This document shows positions 1 through 15,300 of a stretch of DNA of 64,000 bases, in pieces. Position numbers and translations under genes: made by a program. Within the stretch, counting starts at the first letter, position 1. Every line of letters begins with the position of its first letter. Below the pieces are notes generated by a model, which was not told the origin of the DNA, did no database searches, and was given only the letters and a program-made list of their open reading frames with translations. Source of the stretch: Macrostomum hystrix (taxonomy: Eukaryota; Animalia; Platyhelminthes); assembly GCA_950097015.1 (NCBI GenBank), contig CATNEN010000002.1, positions 7,440,001 through 7,504,000 on the forward strand, given 5' to 3'.

Positions 1-220
1 ATTCCTCATCTCCCAGTTCTATTTCTCATCTGCCTGTTCTATTCCTCATCTCCCAGTTCTATTCATCATCTCCCTGTTCTATTCCTCATCTCCCAGTTCT
101 ATTTCCCATCTGCCTGTTCTATTCCTCATCTCCCAGTTCTATTCATCATCTCCCTGTTCTATTCCTCATCTCCCAGTTCTATTTCTCATCTGCCTGTTCT
201 ATTCCTTATCTCCCAGTTCA
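1..220. repeat. Minisatellite, 20-bp unit ATTCCTCATCTCCCAGTTCT
   Basis: About 11 copies, truncated by the window start. Confidence 0.95.
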
Positions 221-360
221 ATTTCAAATCCTAATTAAGCAGTCATCTACTGTCCACAGGCCAGGCAGATATCAAGAAGCGAACCTCGTCACCAACAGTT
301 TTAAATTTCAAAGAGAAAGCTGCACTCGGGCACACAGGCACAGGTGCACACAGGTTTTAC

Positions 361-3300
361 CTCCTTGAAGGTCTGGCACAGTGCTTTAGGCTGACACAGG
401 CTGGGTACAATTTTGATTGTCACCATGCCGCGTAGGGCTTTCTGCGAATTTGCGCGGCAGTGATTTAATTAAACTTTCACTTGCAATTCTACTTATAGTA
501 GACTGTAAGGCGTTTAAAGCCAGCAGTTTTAGGCATTGGAATTTTGTTCGAAATAAAAATAGCAAGAGGGCATACAGTAATTTTTAATTAAAAAAAATGC
601 AACTAAAAGCAAAAACTAAAATGGCCAATCAGAGTGCTTGCTTACGTAAACAGTTTTTGGTCGTGAAAGAATTACAATGCACAATAAGTAAACCCGGCCT
701 AATATGACTAAATTTGACTAAAATATATTGTAAGATAATTTACATATTTCACATGAGGTAGATGTACATTCTGCCATAGTCTGTCAGACATTCCACATAA
801 TCTGTCAGACATTCTACATAACCTGTCAGACATTCTAAATAATCTGTCAGACATTCTACATAATCTGTCAGACATTCTACATAATCTGTCAGACATTCTA
901 CATAATCTGTCAGACATTCTAAATAATCTGTCAGACATTCTACATAATCTGTCAGACATTCTACATAATCTGTCAGACATTCTACATAATCAGTCAGAAA
1001 TCTTGAAACAATATGCAATACACCCTAAATCTGTAACCTATTCTAGCAAATTCAGGCTAATAAAAGTTCACGCACCAGCAGTCTCTGCAGCGCCTCAACT
1101 GATTGGCCCAAAACTGGCTCGCCGTTGATTTCGCGAATCTCGTCGCCAACGTGCAGAGTGCCTGATAAAAAAAGCGAATAAAATATAGTAACAGCCAATC
1201 TACTAGCTACTTAAAGTAGAGTTTTAAATAAATATCAAATAATGTATAAAAATCGCTAATCTGTTAGAATAGATGAAGGTGTGACAATAGATGAAGGTGT
1301 GACAATAGATGAAGGTGTGACAATAGATGAAGGTGTGACAATAGATGAAGGTGTGACAATAGATGAAGGTGTGACAATAGATGAAGGTGTGACAATAGAT
1401 GAAGGTGTGACAATAGATGAAGGTGTGACAATAGATGAAGGTGTGACAATAGATGAAGGTGTGACAATAGATGAAGGTGTGACAATAGATGAAGGTGTGA
1501 CAATAGATGAAGGTGTGACAATAGATGGAGGTGTGACAATAGATAAAGGTGTGACAATAGATGAAGGTGTGACAATAGATGAAGGTGTGACAATATATGA
1601 AGGTGTGACAATAGATGAAGGTGTGACAATAGATGAAGGTGTGAGAATAGATGAAGGTGTGACAATAGATGAAGGTGTGACAATAGATGAAGGTGTGACA
1701 ATAGATGAAGGTGTGACAATAGATGAAGGTGTGACAATAGATGAAGGTGTGACAATAGATGAAGGTGTGACAATAGATAAAGGTGTGACAATAGATAAAG
1801 GTGTGACAATAGATAAAGGTGTGACAATAGATGAAGGTGTGACAATAGATAAAGGTGTGACAATAGATCAAGGTGTGAGACTAGAGGATGGTGAATAAAG
1901 ATAAAGGTGAGAACAGATGGTGAGAATAGATCAATGATGTCGGAGCAGATACGCGTCTCACCCTGTCTGTGAATCATTCCGCCGTGCATAATTCTGGCCA
2001 CAATAATTTTGTTGTCGTCGGACATTTTCAGCGTGATGCCCTGGCAAGCGAGAATGAGGTTGTTAGTTAGATGGCCGGATTGTTTATAGATGTCAATTCC
2101 GAATTCTAAATGGCTTTTGCTTGTCATTTTCAGCTATTTTAGCTGTTTATCTTTATTGATGACATCAGAACTGCGCAGGAGAGATAAAATAAAAGTACAC
2201 TTTAAAAACGGATAAACTAGCCTTTAGTCCGCATGCAACCCGAGTGATTTAAATCCCCACTAAGGGATATTATCCTATTTAGACGACACAAATTCCAAAA
2301 CCAAAACTCACCATTGGTTCGTTAGTATTCTTCTGAAACTGCACCAGTCGAACCCGGGTGACATTGTCCAGCTCCGTGTCCAGGCCGCCTTCTTCGGCAG
2401 CCTCGCCGTTCAAATAGGACGACATCGGCGGCGGCGTCACCCGAATGGCCTGGTCGCTGTAGACGTCGTGCGCCAGGACGTCGTGAGCTTGCAGCAGGGC
2501 CTGCGATAGGCGGAGACGTTGGTAGATTGTCGAGCAGGTAGAATAAGAGAGGTATATGGTGAGTGAGATGCATATAGCTGACGAAAGATAAATTGAATAT
2601 AGAGGAGGAGAGGTAGATAGAGGATGAGATATATAGATAGAGGATGAGAAGTAGATAGAGGATGAGAGGTAGATAGAGGATGAGAAGTAGATAGAGGATG
2701 AGAGATAGAAAGAGGATGAGAGGTAGATAGAGGATGAGATATATAGATAGAGAATGAGAGGTAGATAGAGGATGAGAGGTAGATAGAGGATGAGATATAT
2801 AGATGAAAAGTAGAATCCTCTAGTTCTAGAGGATGAAAAGTAGATAGAGGATGAGAGGTAGATAGAGGATGAGAAGTAGATAGAGGATGAGAAGTAGATA
2901 GAGGATGAGAAGTAGATAGAGGATGAGAGGTAGATAGAGGATGAGAGGTAGATAGAGGATGAGAAGTAGATAGAGGATGAGAGGTAGATAGAGGATGAGA
3001 GGTAGATAGAGGATGAGAGGTAGATAGAGGATGAGAAGTAGATAGAGGATGAGAGGTAGATAGAGGATGAGAGGTAGATAGAGGATGAGAGGTAGATAGA
3101 GTGTGTAAGTTAGAGTGTAAGTGGTGGATGGAGAATTAATAATAGAGAGGTATTAGAAAAGTAATTGGAGGCAAATAGAAAAGAAGTATCAAACAAGAAA
3201 TAAGGAGCTTCGTATACGGAAAAATAGAATATCTGGAATTGTGCACTAGATTTTACACCTCAGCTAGCGTATAAGGAACACATAAGATTAGTAGGCTGAT

Positions 3301-6300
3301 AACTCAGGCTCATATGGTTATAGGGGTGAAATTTTGACACTATGAAACAACAATTTATTTGTTATCGTAAAGTATAATCAAGAAAAATATCAGATTAACA
3401 CGTGATTTGAGGTCAGCGTTTGCTTAACACAAATTGCTCACAGTTAAGCACTTTAAGCGAGGTGAAACAGGGTAAGGTTAAAATAATTATTACTCTACTG
3501 AAAATTAAATTGGTCTATTGGAAGAAATGACATTGCGGATCTAGGCTCTAGAAATGGCGTTCAGTATTAGGAAATGGCATCTAGTCTAGATAGTAGAAAT
3601 GACATCTAGTCTAGATAGTAGAAATGGCATCTAGTCTAGATAGTAGAAATGGCATCTAGTCTAGATAGTAGAAATGGCATCTAGTCTAGATAGTAGAAAT
3701 GGCATCTAGTCTAGATAGTAGAAATGGCATCTAGTCTAGATAGTAGAAATGGCATTGAGTCTAGGTTCTAGAAATGGCATCTATCTAGATTCTATAAATG
3801 GCATCTAGGTTCTAGAAATGGCATCTAGATTCTAGAAATGGCATCTAGATTCTAGAAATGGCATCTAGTCTAGATTCTAGAAATGGCATCTAGTCTAGAT
3901 AGTAGAAATGGCATCTAGTCTAGATAGTAGAAATGGCATCTAGTCTAGATAGTAGAAATGGCATCTAGTCTAGGTTCTAGAAATGGCATCTAGATTCTAG
4001 AAATGGCATCTAGTCTAGATTCTAGAAATGGCATCTAGTCTAGATAGTAGAAATGGCATCTAGTCTAGGTTCTAGAAATGGCATCTAGATTCTAGAAATG
4101 GCATCTAGTCTAGATTCTAGAAATGGCATCTAGTCTAGATAGTAGAAATGGCATCTAGTCTAGATATTAGAAATGGCATCTAGTCTAGGTTCTAGAAATG
4201 GCATCTAGTCTAGATAGTAGAAATTGCATCTAGTCTAGATAGTAGAAATGGCATCTAGTCTAGGTTCTAGAAATGGCATCTAGATTCTAGAAATGGCATC
4301 TAGTCTAGGTTCTAGAAATGGCATCTAGTCTAGATAGTAGAAATTGCATCTAGTCTAGATAGTAGAAATGGCATCTAGTCTAGGTTCTAGAAATGGCATC
4401 TATCTAGATTCTAGAAATGGCATCTAGGTTCTAGAAATGGCATCTAGATTCTAGAAATGGCATCTAGTCTAGATTCTAGAAATGGCATCTAGATTCTAGA
4501 AATGGCATCTAGTCTAGATAGTAGAAATGGCATCTAGTCTAGATAGTAGAAATGGCATCTAGTCTAGATAGTAGAAATGGCATTTAGTCTAGGTTCTAGA
4601 AATGGCATCTATCTAGATAGTAGAAATGGCATCTAGTCTAGATTCTAGAAATGGCATCTAGGTTCTAAAAACGGCATCCAGCTATTTTCAATCGACTGTT
4701 AAACTAGATTCAGGCATCAAATCTTGAGAGTGTCACCCAGAAAAAGACCCGGAGCTCACCCAGATGACCAGATCGTCTCGAGTGACGGTGGGCAAAACGT
4801 TTCGCCCATCAGACACCAGAGTGTCAACTTGTGATTGTGACTGGTGACAGTGTAGACACTGGCATTGTCCGCAGCTCGATAGCATGTCCTGTCAGACACT
4901 CACACTAAATCAGCTGTCTGTCGATTTCTCTGAGAGTGTTCTAAGCTTGTCGGTAGCATTGGGCTCAACTACACCACCTCAAGGTAAGAGAGAAGGGAGA
5001 GAAACACCGAGAGGGGGAAGATTGGCGAATGGAACTCGCAGCCAATCGGGTGAACAGTGAAACAACAAGCTGGGATTCGCTTCGCAAAATAAAACCCACA
5101 GAGAAGTAGATTAAAAATTTTAATGCAATATTAATAATAATAATTGCAGGAGGGCTGCAGGCAATGGCACATAATTTGGTGACACTAGACCCGCATCCAG
5201 CGAGGAGGCAATTCTGCTCATTTCGCTGACTCCTGTACGCAGGCACACGCTCACAAAGGTGTGTACACCTGCCCTGACTTTCTCATCGTCAGGCAGAGTA
5301 CACTCTCACTGTGCCATGGAGGTTGGCCCTCAAGAGTGTAAATTGCACGAAAAGCCCCCAAGTCTTCTCTCAGCGGCTGCGCCCCAAATGAATGTGGCCT
5401 CGCCGCGGAATCGAGCTCAGGGACCTTGGTGCGAGAGGCGAACGCGTTACGCGTTAAATTACTCGTAGAATAGGAAAATGAAGGCTTTTTAATGGGATTT
5501 AAATTTTAATGAATTCTTCCTAGGATTTTAAACGAGATTGGCTTTTTTATGGGATTTTATAGCCAGCAACTAAATGGGATTTAAAATGAGATGGGATCTA
5601 AAAATGGGATTTTTAAACAGGGTGGGGAGTCGGGACTGTAGAAAATGTTAGGAAAATATTTAGTAGCAGCTTTAGCATCGAATAAAACAGAAATGTTTTA
5701 CTTTGTTAATGCAGGGATTCATCCCATTATTTATAGACTGGGAGAATTCTGATGATAAGGAATTCATACCTCTAATCTTTTAACTACCGACTTGCTTACA
5801 GGAAAACTATAGCTTAGCATTCGGTCTATAAGCACTTGTAGATGGGTGAGATGAAGCACTCACAAACAAGAAAATGCACACTGTATCTGATATTTGCGCA
5901 GACCTAAAACTAGCAGGCCTGGCCAGCCAGCAGACTGGCTGCAGCACAGCGGGAGTGAAGCCGGCCAGAGCCCGGCCTGAAGTGCAGCAGGGCAGGCAAC
6001 CAAGGCGGAACACAAACACTCCCAATTCCATGTTGTAAAATTCCAACAGGGGAAACCAGAGCGCCGGGAAAAAATCTGGTGGGAGAAAGATTTTTTTCAA
6101 GCAATGCGGCTGAGGGGCCCCTTTAGGCTAAACTGGCAGTGACATTTTGCATTTCGCATTGCTTCTGGCTAAGCCTCAACTAGCCGATATGTATCGAAAA
6201 ATGGCAAACTCACCCTGAAATGCGGCAGCAGTAGCAGCTCCCGGAGCTCCATGCAGTCGCTGTAGAACTCCCTGGAGCGGCACTGGCCGATGGTCTCCAG

Positions 6301-9300
6301 GACGTCGCGGCCGCGGCCAACGGCGTCGTCAGGAATCTGTCCGCGGATGGCGGAGCCGCTGAGGTTGCGACTGTTGATGTGGTCGTACAGCTGCGGGCGG
6401 GATTTCGATATGACATATTTAATTTATGTGTGACGGGATTCAGATATGGTATGGGATTTTCATGTGTAAAATATACTATTTTTATTCGAGATGGAATCCA
6501 AAGTATAGTGGGATTTATGACAGGTTGGGATTTTGATTTGCAGTCGGATTTGTCACAGGTTGGGATTTTAGTTTGGAGTGTGATTATTAACAGGTTAGGA
6601 TTTTGATTTGGAGTGGGATTAATAACAGGTTGGGATTTTGATTTGGAGTGGGATTTATGACAGGTTGGGATTTTGATTTGGAGTGGGATTAATAACAGGT
6701 TGGGATTTTGATTTGGAGTGGGATTTATGACAGGTTGGGATTTTGATTTCGAGTGGGATTTATGACAAGGTTGGGATTTTTATTTGAAATGGGATTTATG
6801 ACAGGTTGGGATTTTGATTTGGAGTGGGATTTATGACAGGTTGGGATTTGATTTGAAATGGGATTTGTGACAGGTTGGGATTTTGATTTGGAGTGGTATT
6901 TATGACAGGTTGGGATTTTGATTTGAAATGGGATTTATGACAGGTTGGGATTTTGATTTCGAGTGGGATTTATGACAGGTTGGGATTTTGATTTGGAGTG
7001 GGATTTATGACAGGTTGGGAATATGATTTGGAGGTGGATTTATGACAGGTTGGGATTTTGACATTGGACACGTAGTGTCCACGTAGAGCGGTCATTGAGT
7101 TTCTTCAGAGCTAAGCGAAAGCCAAGTGTCTGTGTGACAGTCCACTCTGCAGGCCGGAAAGAGAGCAAGCAAAACAGAAACCAAAATGACAAATGAGGTT
7201 ATCGGATCTGGCCCTAGCAAGCACTACCCCAGCCAGACAGTAAAATGAATAGTCTTCGAGCTTAACTGTTCAAAAAACTGGCTCTTGCCCAACCCGCAAG
7301 CAAACAGAGGCCGGCGGGATAACGCAACAATCTAATTTATCCCATCGGAGCGGATATACGGTTATGCGGAGACTGGGACTAAACTGAATTACAGCTCTGA
7401 AGCCGCAGCACGCACTAGCTGTAGTTCAACGAGAAATAATTATTTGCCTTGGGAAAATTATTGGTTGCCACACACCACTAAACTATTCTGTGCAAGACAA
7501 AAAACTAACTGACGACAGGAAAGCATAACAACAAAAAATAATTTATGCACTTATACTACTGCAAGTCTCAACATACGGCAGTAGTATATAAAGCACACCA
7601 TTTTCGTAAAAATTCAAAGAACTAATAATTTCTCTACAAATAAAGCAATCAACTGTCTTTCCTGAAGCACTCCACTGTCTATCCTGAAGCACTCCACTGT
7701 CTACCCTGAAGCACTCCACTGTCTACCCTGAAGCACTCCACTGTCTATCCTGAAGAACTTTACTCTCTATCCAGAAGCACTCTACTGTCCACCCTGAAGC
7801 ACTCCACTGCCTACCCTGAAGCACTCTACTCTCTACCCTGAAGCACTCTACTGTCCACCCTGAAGCACTCTACTGTCCACCCTGAAGCACTCTACTGTCC
7901 ACCCTGAAGCACTCCACTGCCTACCATGAAGCACTCTACTGTCCACCCTGAAGCACTCCACTGTCTACCCTGAAGCAGTCCACTGTCTATCCTGAAGCAC
8001 TCCACTGTCTATCCTGAAGCACTCCACTGTCTACCCTGAAGCAGTCCACTGTCTACCCTGAAGCACTCCACTGTCTATCCTGAAGCACTCCACTGTCTAC
8101 CCTGAAGCAGTCCACTGTCTACCCTGAAGCACTCGGTAAAGAGATCCCAAACCGCATAGATTCGCCACTCACCTCCAGCAGTGAGTGAAGAGTGTCATTC
8201 TCGAACACCGTCTGCAGGAGGTCTCGGTCGCCTTCGTTGCACTCGGTGAGGCACTGCATGTCCTCCAAGCTGTCCAGCACAGCTGAAACGGCTGCAATGG
8301 GTGCAGAGAGCAAGCTGATGTACTTTTATGTAGGAGTGAGAATGCAGTATGATTCCAACCAAAAAAGGTTTGTCGTTTCAGCAATATAGGATCGAACTTC
8401 AGACCTCCCCCGGTCTGGCTGATTATCAATCAACTTACCAAAAAACAGTCATCAGTTATTTGAGCAGTTACCGAAAGCAACAATTAGTTTAAATTGTTCA
8501 TCAAAAACTGACAGCCATATTTTTGTACATATTTAATTACAGACGGACCAACAGCACAGGAAAATGGCACGTGCAGTCTGTTAGATTTGCAACATCGATC
8601 AAATTCTTAGCCATACTCGGAGACAGGCTTATATTTTCTCCAAGGCTTTAATTAACTCAAAAGCTGCATACAGATAACTTAGGGGGCCGTATGGAATTCG
8701 AATACATATTTTCACGCGAATTTTTAATCCACATTTTCCGATACCCATATCCCAACATCCCTGAAATCAGTTCCCACATCCCTGCAATCAGTTCCCACAT
8801 CCCTGCAATCAGTTCCCACATCCCTACAATCATTTCCCACATCCCTGCAATCAGTTCCCACATCCCTGCAAACAGTTCCCACATCCCTGCAATCAGTTCC
8901 CACATCCCTGCAATCAGTTCCCACATCCCTGCAATCAGTTCCCACATCCCTACAATCAGTTCCCACATCCCTGCAATCAGTTCCCACATCCCTGAAATCA
9001 GTTCCCACATCCCTGCAATCAGTTTCCACATCCCTGCAATCAGCTCCCACATCCCTGCAATCAGTTCCCACATCCCTGCAATCAGCTCCCACATCCCTGC
9101 AATCAGTTCCCACATCCCTACAATCAGTTCCCACATCCCTGCAATCAGTTCCCACATCCCTGCAATCAGTTCACACACCCCACATCCCTGCAATCAGTTC
9201 ACACATCCCTGCAATCAGTTTCCACATCCCTGCAATCAGCTCCCACATCCCTGCAATCAGTTCCCACATCCCTGCAATCAGTTCCCACATTCCTGCAATC

Positions 9301-12300
9301 CAACGGGAAAATTACCGGTAAACACTTCCCTTGAGAAAGACAATAAATACCCTATTTGCGGTTGCAAAATGGCTGTGCTGTACTTAGGCTAGTTATATAT
9401 ATTTAACTATCTTTGAAAGATCTCAAGAAACTAGCAGCTCATTAGTTAATGAAATTACGAGTACAAAACGAATACGCTATTTACATACCTTTTGCCGATG
9501 AAACCAATTTGTAACGAGGAATCATGCAAATGTCATATTTGTGTCCAGATTGAGTCCACCTTTTTTTATAAACTCAATTCGAGACACCTGCCTCAGGCCT
9601 TACAGAAGAAGTCTTGAATGGGAGACAGAAAGAGGAGCCAGACAGCCGCGAGGAGATCGACTAGAGGAGAGAAAATCACTCGGACTCCAGGGGAAGGAAT
9701 TGGGAACTCAAAGCGAAATCCGATAGGATGATGGCGGGCGCCCCCTCCATCGCCGGTGGCAATTAATGGGAGCTGAGTGGTGCCCCCAGCAACGGGAGGG
9801 GAAATGGTAGAAAGGAATTTAACGAGATGGCAGGCAGCTGAGATCGAGAGAGAGTAGAGAGACCGGGAAGAGGCGGTGATTGCTGATCAGGGAGGGGTGC
9901 TCAGCAAGCTGTTAAACAAGGGCGGAGATGAGCGAACAGTTTGAGCACTCCCCACCCCGAGGTGTCGGCGCCCGTCCCATTGCGAGCAGATCATTCTCGG
10001 CAATGGCTCGGGCAAAGCCGCGGCTCGGTAAGGAATACACTAGAAATGTACTTTTAATCTTCAAAGTTCACTTAGAAGCATTGATTATGTTAGTGCATTG
10101 TATCCATCAAACGACTTTTAGCTCTGGGGAGCTGTCAAAAAACATGCAAACTGCTTATAAAGACTATAATACTAATACTACTAACGAAAGCCCGATAAGT
10201 AGTCTATATAAATTATATTTTGTTGCGAATCACTAAAGCATCCGATGACTGTAGCTGCGGAGGTCCGAAGTTCAAATCTCGGAGAATTGGAAACTGCGAG
10301 ATATACCAGCAAAATTGTCCTGATTATCGCCCTAATTAATTACCTGCGGATGTGACGTCATCCTCAGCCGGATCCGGCGGCGCCTCCGACTCCGCATAGC
10401 TGGAGGACCACCTGGCGCTGGACACGGCTGCCAGAACGGCTCCCTTCAGCTTGCGCCTGGAGTTGAACTTCTTCATCTCCTCAACAGTCTCGCTCAGGTG
10501 CAGCTTGGGCACCCGGCTGCGCTCGTGAATCCACGGATGCCGAAGGGCCTCCTCGAGTGTCATGCGCCGTTGGGGATCCAGATCCAACAGTCGGCTGACC
10601 AGATCCTTGGCTTCCGGCGAGATTTGATCCCAGATGCGCGGCTTCTTCTGGGAGATAAAATTGCCATACTATTCAAACACCGAGTAACAAATAATTCAAA
10701 TTCAATGGGATTAGTCATCTTAAACCATACTTAGATTACTATTATAATCTTTAGATCCCAAGATACATAATCCAGATCTATGGATTATGAGATCCTTAGA
10801 TTATAAATCTAGAAAGATCCCTAGATTAGAAATCCAGATAGATCCCTAGATTATAAATCTAGATAGATCCCTAGATTATAAATCTAGATAGATCCCTAGA
10901 TTATAAATCTAGATAGATCCCTAGATTAGAAATCTAGATTAAAAATCAAGTTAGATCCCTAGATTAGAAATCTTGATAGATCCCTAGATTAAAAATCTAG
11001 ATTATAAATCTAGATAGATCCCTAGATCAGAAATCCAGATTAAAAATCAAGTTAGATCCCTAGATTAGAAATCTAGATAGATTCTTAGATTATAAATCTA
11101 GATTAAAAATCAAGTTAGATCCCTAGATTAGAAATCTTGATAGATCCCTAGATTAAAAATATAGATTATAAATCTAGATAGATCCCTAGATCAGAAATCC
11201 AGATTAAAAATCAAGTTAGATCCCTAGATTAGAAATCTAGATAGATTCTTAGATTATAAATCTAGATAGATTCCTAGATTATAAATCTAGATAGATTCCT
11301 AGATTATAAATCTAGATAGATTCCTAGATTATAAATCTAGATAGATTCCTAGATTATAAATCTAGATAGATCCCTAGATTATAAATCTAGATAGATTCCT
11401 AGACTATAAATCTAGATAGATTCCTAGATTATAAATCTAGATAGATTCCTAGATTAGAATTCTAGATAGATTCCTAGATTATAAATCTAGATAGATCTAG
11501 ATAGATCCCTAGATTAAAAATCTAGATAGATTCCTAGATTATATATCTAGATAGATCCCTAGATTAGAATTCTAGATAGATTACTATAAATCTAGATAGA
11601 TAGATTATAGATAGATAGATGGATCTAGATAGATTTCTAGCAGCAAGACGTGAATGAGACTCACCCGGTAGCGACCGTTGAGGATCTGTCGGAACAGCAC
11701 ATCCTTGGTACCATAGAACGGCAGTGAGCCGGTGAGCAGTATGTAGAGCAGTACTCCGCAGCCCCAGGCGTCCACCGGTTTACCATAGGGCTCCCTTCGC
11801 ACAACCTCCGGGGCCATGAAGTGGGGCGTCCCGATGCGGCCTGTTGGCATTTTCGAAGGATATTTTTTAGACGAAAAAATCACAAAAGCACTACTTAACA
11901 GTAGAAACACGCTGGGGTATTTCAAATGCCCGCATTTTTTCTGTATCTCCCAAAATATTCAACCAATCGACATTATAATTCAGAACACGATATTCAACAA
12001 TTCTCGTCGGGTTGTCTGGTGGCCAAAAGCACTTATATAGGCATAGGCGTTTTGGAGTCCCTCCACAGGGACAGATGGGCGGGCACCCAGAACTGTCGGC
12101 AATCCAGTGCCGCAGTTCCGCGCCCGTCTCGCAGGCGTACCCATTCTGTGTGTCACTGCCCTTTCTTTAACAGAGACCGGCTACGCTACCTCGGGCCCAA
12201 CCCGTCTATGGACGAGATCTGCCAGCCCGACAGCATTCCACGGCTCGTCCAGTTCCTCCGGGCAACCAGACGAGCCACGTTCTTCCCTACGGAAGACAAC

Positions 12301-15300
12301 GCTGCAGGACGGACCGGCGGACCACCCTGAGCGGCCCCGCGCCCTCGCCTGACTGCGGGCCTACAGGGGTTAGCGGTATGGGCGATCCTCGCCTCCCCGC
12401 GTTCATCAAAAAAGGCTATCGAGAAGTCAGCAGTGGGTATTTTTAATACAGTTAAACTAGGCATATGCGCGTGTTTTATTGCAGTTATTTTTATTATAGT
12501 CTAACAAAATTAAATAAGCAATGCAACTGAAAAGGATGAAAGTGTTATTCAGCTCAGTTAAAGTAAGTAAGTAAATATTCATGCACTTTTTTCAAAACAA
12601 ATTCAAATAAAAATGTAACCGTCTTTTTCAGTTGTTAAATTACTATTATATCTATTTTCACGGTAGGATTAGCAATAAGAATTAGATGATTAATTTTATC
12701 TACTTATTAGTAATACCCTTTTTAAAAAAAAACAAATTTAAAAAACTTGCATTGAAACCCAACACCACAGTAAAGCTGATAAGCTGATACTTATAACGCA
12801 CTCATTTTCTTTAACATAAAGGCTAGAAAGTTAAATAAGTGCAAAGGTAAATTATTTTATTAGAATGCAAAAGTTGGAAACTGTAACAATGCGAGTACTA
12901 ACTGCAGCTTAGCGACCGGGTTAGCGAAAAGAAAAAATAATTTAAAAAAGTAGTAAAACAAATTAATCCAAGATGTACAGCGCTAATGAATAAGACTTGA
13001 TTTAACTGCTCAAGGCAGAAATCCAACTACGATAACAGCCTTGATCTTTGCTGCAATTCCGAGTAATTTCGCTGCGATTCTAACTATCAGCTTTGGTTCT
13101 GTTCTAGATTCAATAAGCAGCTTGATTTCCTTCCTGCGATTCTGGCTACAATATCGTTACTATTCCAGCTTGATTTCCTTCCTGCGATTCTGGCAAAAAT
13201 ATCGGTACTATTCCAGCTTGATTCCTTCCTGCGATTCTGGCTACAATATCGGTACTATTGTAGCTTCGATTCCTTCCCGCGATTCTGGCAACGATACCAG
13301 CACTATTGTAGCTTCGATTCCTACCTGCGATTCTGGCTACGACAAGAGTACTATTGTAGCTTCGATTCCTTCCTGCGATTCTGGCTACGACACCAGTACT
13401 ATTGCAGCTTCGATTCCTTCCTGCGATTCGGGCTACGACAAGAGTACTATTGTAGCTTCGATTCCTTCCTGCGATTCTGGCTACGATATCGGTACTATTC
13501 CAGCTTCGATTCCTTCCTGCGATTCTAGCTACAATATCGGTACTATTCCAGCTTGATTCCTTCCTGCGATTCTGGCTACAATATCGGTACTATTGTAGCT
13601 TCGATTCCTTCCCGCGATTCTGGCTACAATATCGGTACTATTGTAGCTTCGATTCCTTCCCGCGATTCTGGCAACGATACCAGCACTATTGTAGCTTCGA
13701 TTCCTACCTGCGATTCTGGCTACGACAAGAGTACTATTGTAGCTTCGATTCCTTCCCGCGATTCTGGCAACGATACCAGCACTATTGTAGCTTCGATTCC
13801 TACCTGCGATTCTGGCTACGAAAAGAGTACTATTGTAGCTTCGATTCCTTCCTGCGATTCGGGCTACGACAAGAGTACTATTGTAGCTTCGATTCCTTCC
13901 TGCGATTCTGGCTACGACACCAGTACTATTGCAGCTTCGATTCCTTCCTGCGATTCGGGCTACGACAAGAGTACTATTGTAGCTTCGATTCCTTCCTGCG
14001 ATTCTGGCTACGACACCAGTACTATTGCAGCTTCGATTCCTTCCTGCGATTCGGGCTACGACAAGAGTACTATTGTAGCTTCGATTTCTTCCTGCGATTC
14101 TGGCTACGACACCAGTACTATTGCAGCTTCGATTCCTTCCTGCGATTCGGGCTACGACAAGAGTACTATTGTAGCTTCGATTTCTTCCTGCGATTCTGGC
14201 TACGACACCAGTACTATTGCAGCTTCGATTCCTTCCTGCGATTCGGGCTACGACAAGAGTACTATTGTAGCTTCGATTCCTTCCTGCGATTCGGGCTACG
14301 ACGAGAGTACTATTGTAGCTTCGATTCCTTCCTGCGATTCTGGCTTCGATATCGGTACTATTCCAGCTTCGATTCCTTCCTGCGATTCTGGCTAATAAAA
14401 AATAAACTCCACTGCGAAGCTAATTGTCTAAAAGAGTGGGTCTCTCTCGTATACGGAAAGGCTTTTACCGTTTTAGATGGTAAATAAACGCAACAAAATC
14501 AGAAACGCAGGCATGCATCTGTGCGGGCGACTGAAAGTCTAGCTTTTACAATTGTGTTAGGAGTCTATGTTATTTGCGATTATTGAATCGCTGCTGCTAC
14601 TACTGCTGACTATGATTCTGATGATGCTTGAACATAGAAGAACAAAGGCACGGCATAGCATGGCAGCCATCTGTGCTGGTCAGTGCCGCCAATGGCTTAC
14701 CAAGCTGGTCATCTCTGAGGCTCACAAAGATCTCCTGCTCTACTTTCACTGGTGTGTCTGTAAGAGTTGCGTTTCAATTTCGAAATTGGTCACTGGGATA
14801 TGGCTGCTTGTTTGTTATAAACAGAAGGATTGAAATGCTGAGAGGAAATCATGCACTAACTTCATGGAAGTCTTTGTCGAAGGAAAAGGGGAAACGGAGA
14901 AAAAAATTGATGAACAGAAGGAGATAACCAGCTAGAAGCAGGGAGGATAAATCTAGGGAAACAGAGGGGATAAATGAAGGGAAACAGGGAATAAACCTAA
15001 GGAAACAGAGGGATTATTCTAGAGAAACAGAGGGATAAATCAAGGGAATCAGGGGATAAACCTAGGGAAACAGGGGATAAACCCAGGGAAACAGGGGATA
15101 AACCCAGGAAAACAGGGGATAAACCCAGGGAAACAGGGGATAAACCCAGGGAAACAGGGGACAAAACTAGGGAAACGAAAGGGATAAATCAAGGGAAACA
15201 GATAGGAACATATGTGGATTAACAGAGGGAAAAACAGATGAAAACAGAGCAAAAGAGAAAGGAGGAGTGAAAATTAATATTCGAGAATTTCTTTGAGATC

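Noticed and set aside
241-300. Possible further CASK exon (SH3 start)
   Set aside because: No frame resembles the expected YVRAQFxYDP sequence and no convincing splice sites.
4770-4830. Hammerhead-like CTGATGGGCGAAACGTT on the minus strand
   Set aside because: Lacks the GA of CUGANGA and a stem II; at most a decayed relic.
7095-7130. CTGAAGA (minus) near GAAA (plus)
   Set aside because: The two core halves are on opposite strands, so it cannot form a hammerhead.
9893-9959. Imperfect inverted repeat GGGGTGCTCA...TGAGCACTCCCC
   Set aside because: Short, gapped and single-copy; not distinguishable from chance or old transposon debris.
14567-14927. Overlapping short ORFs in a CASK intron
   Set aside because: No recognisable domain or codon bias; probably decayed repeat.
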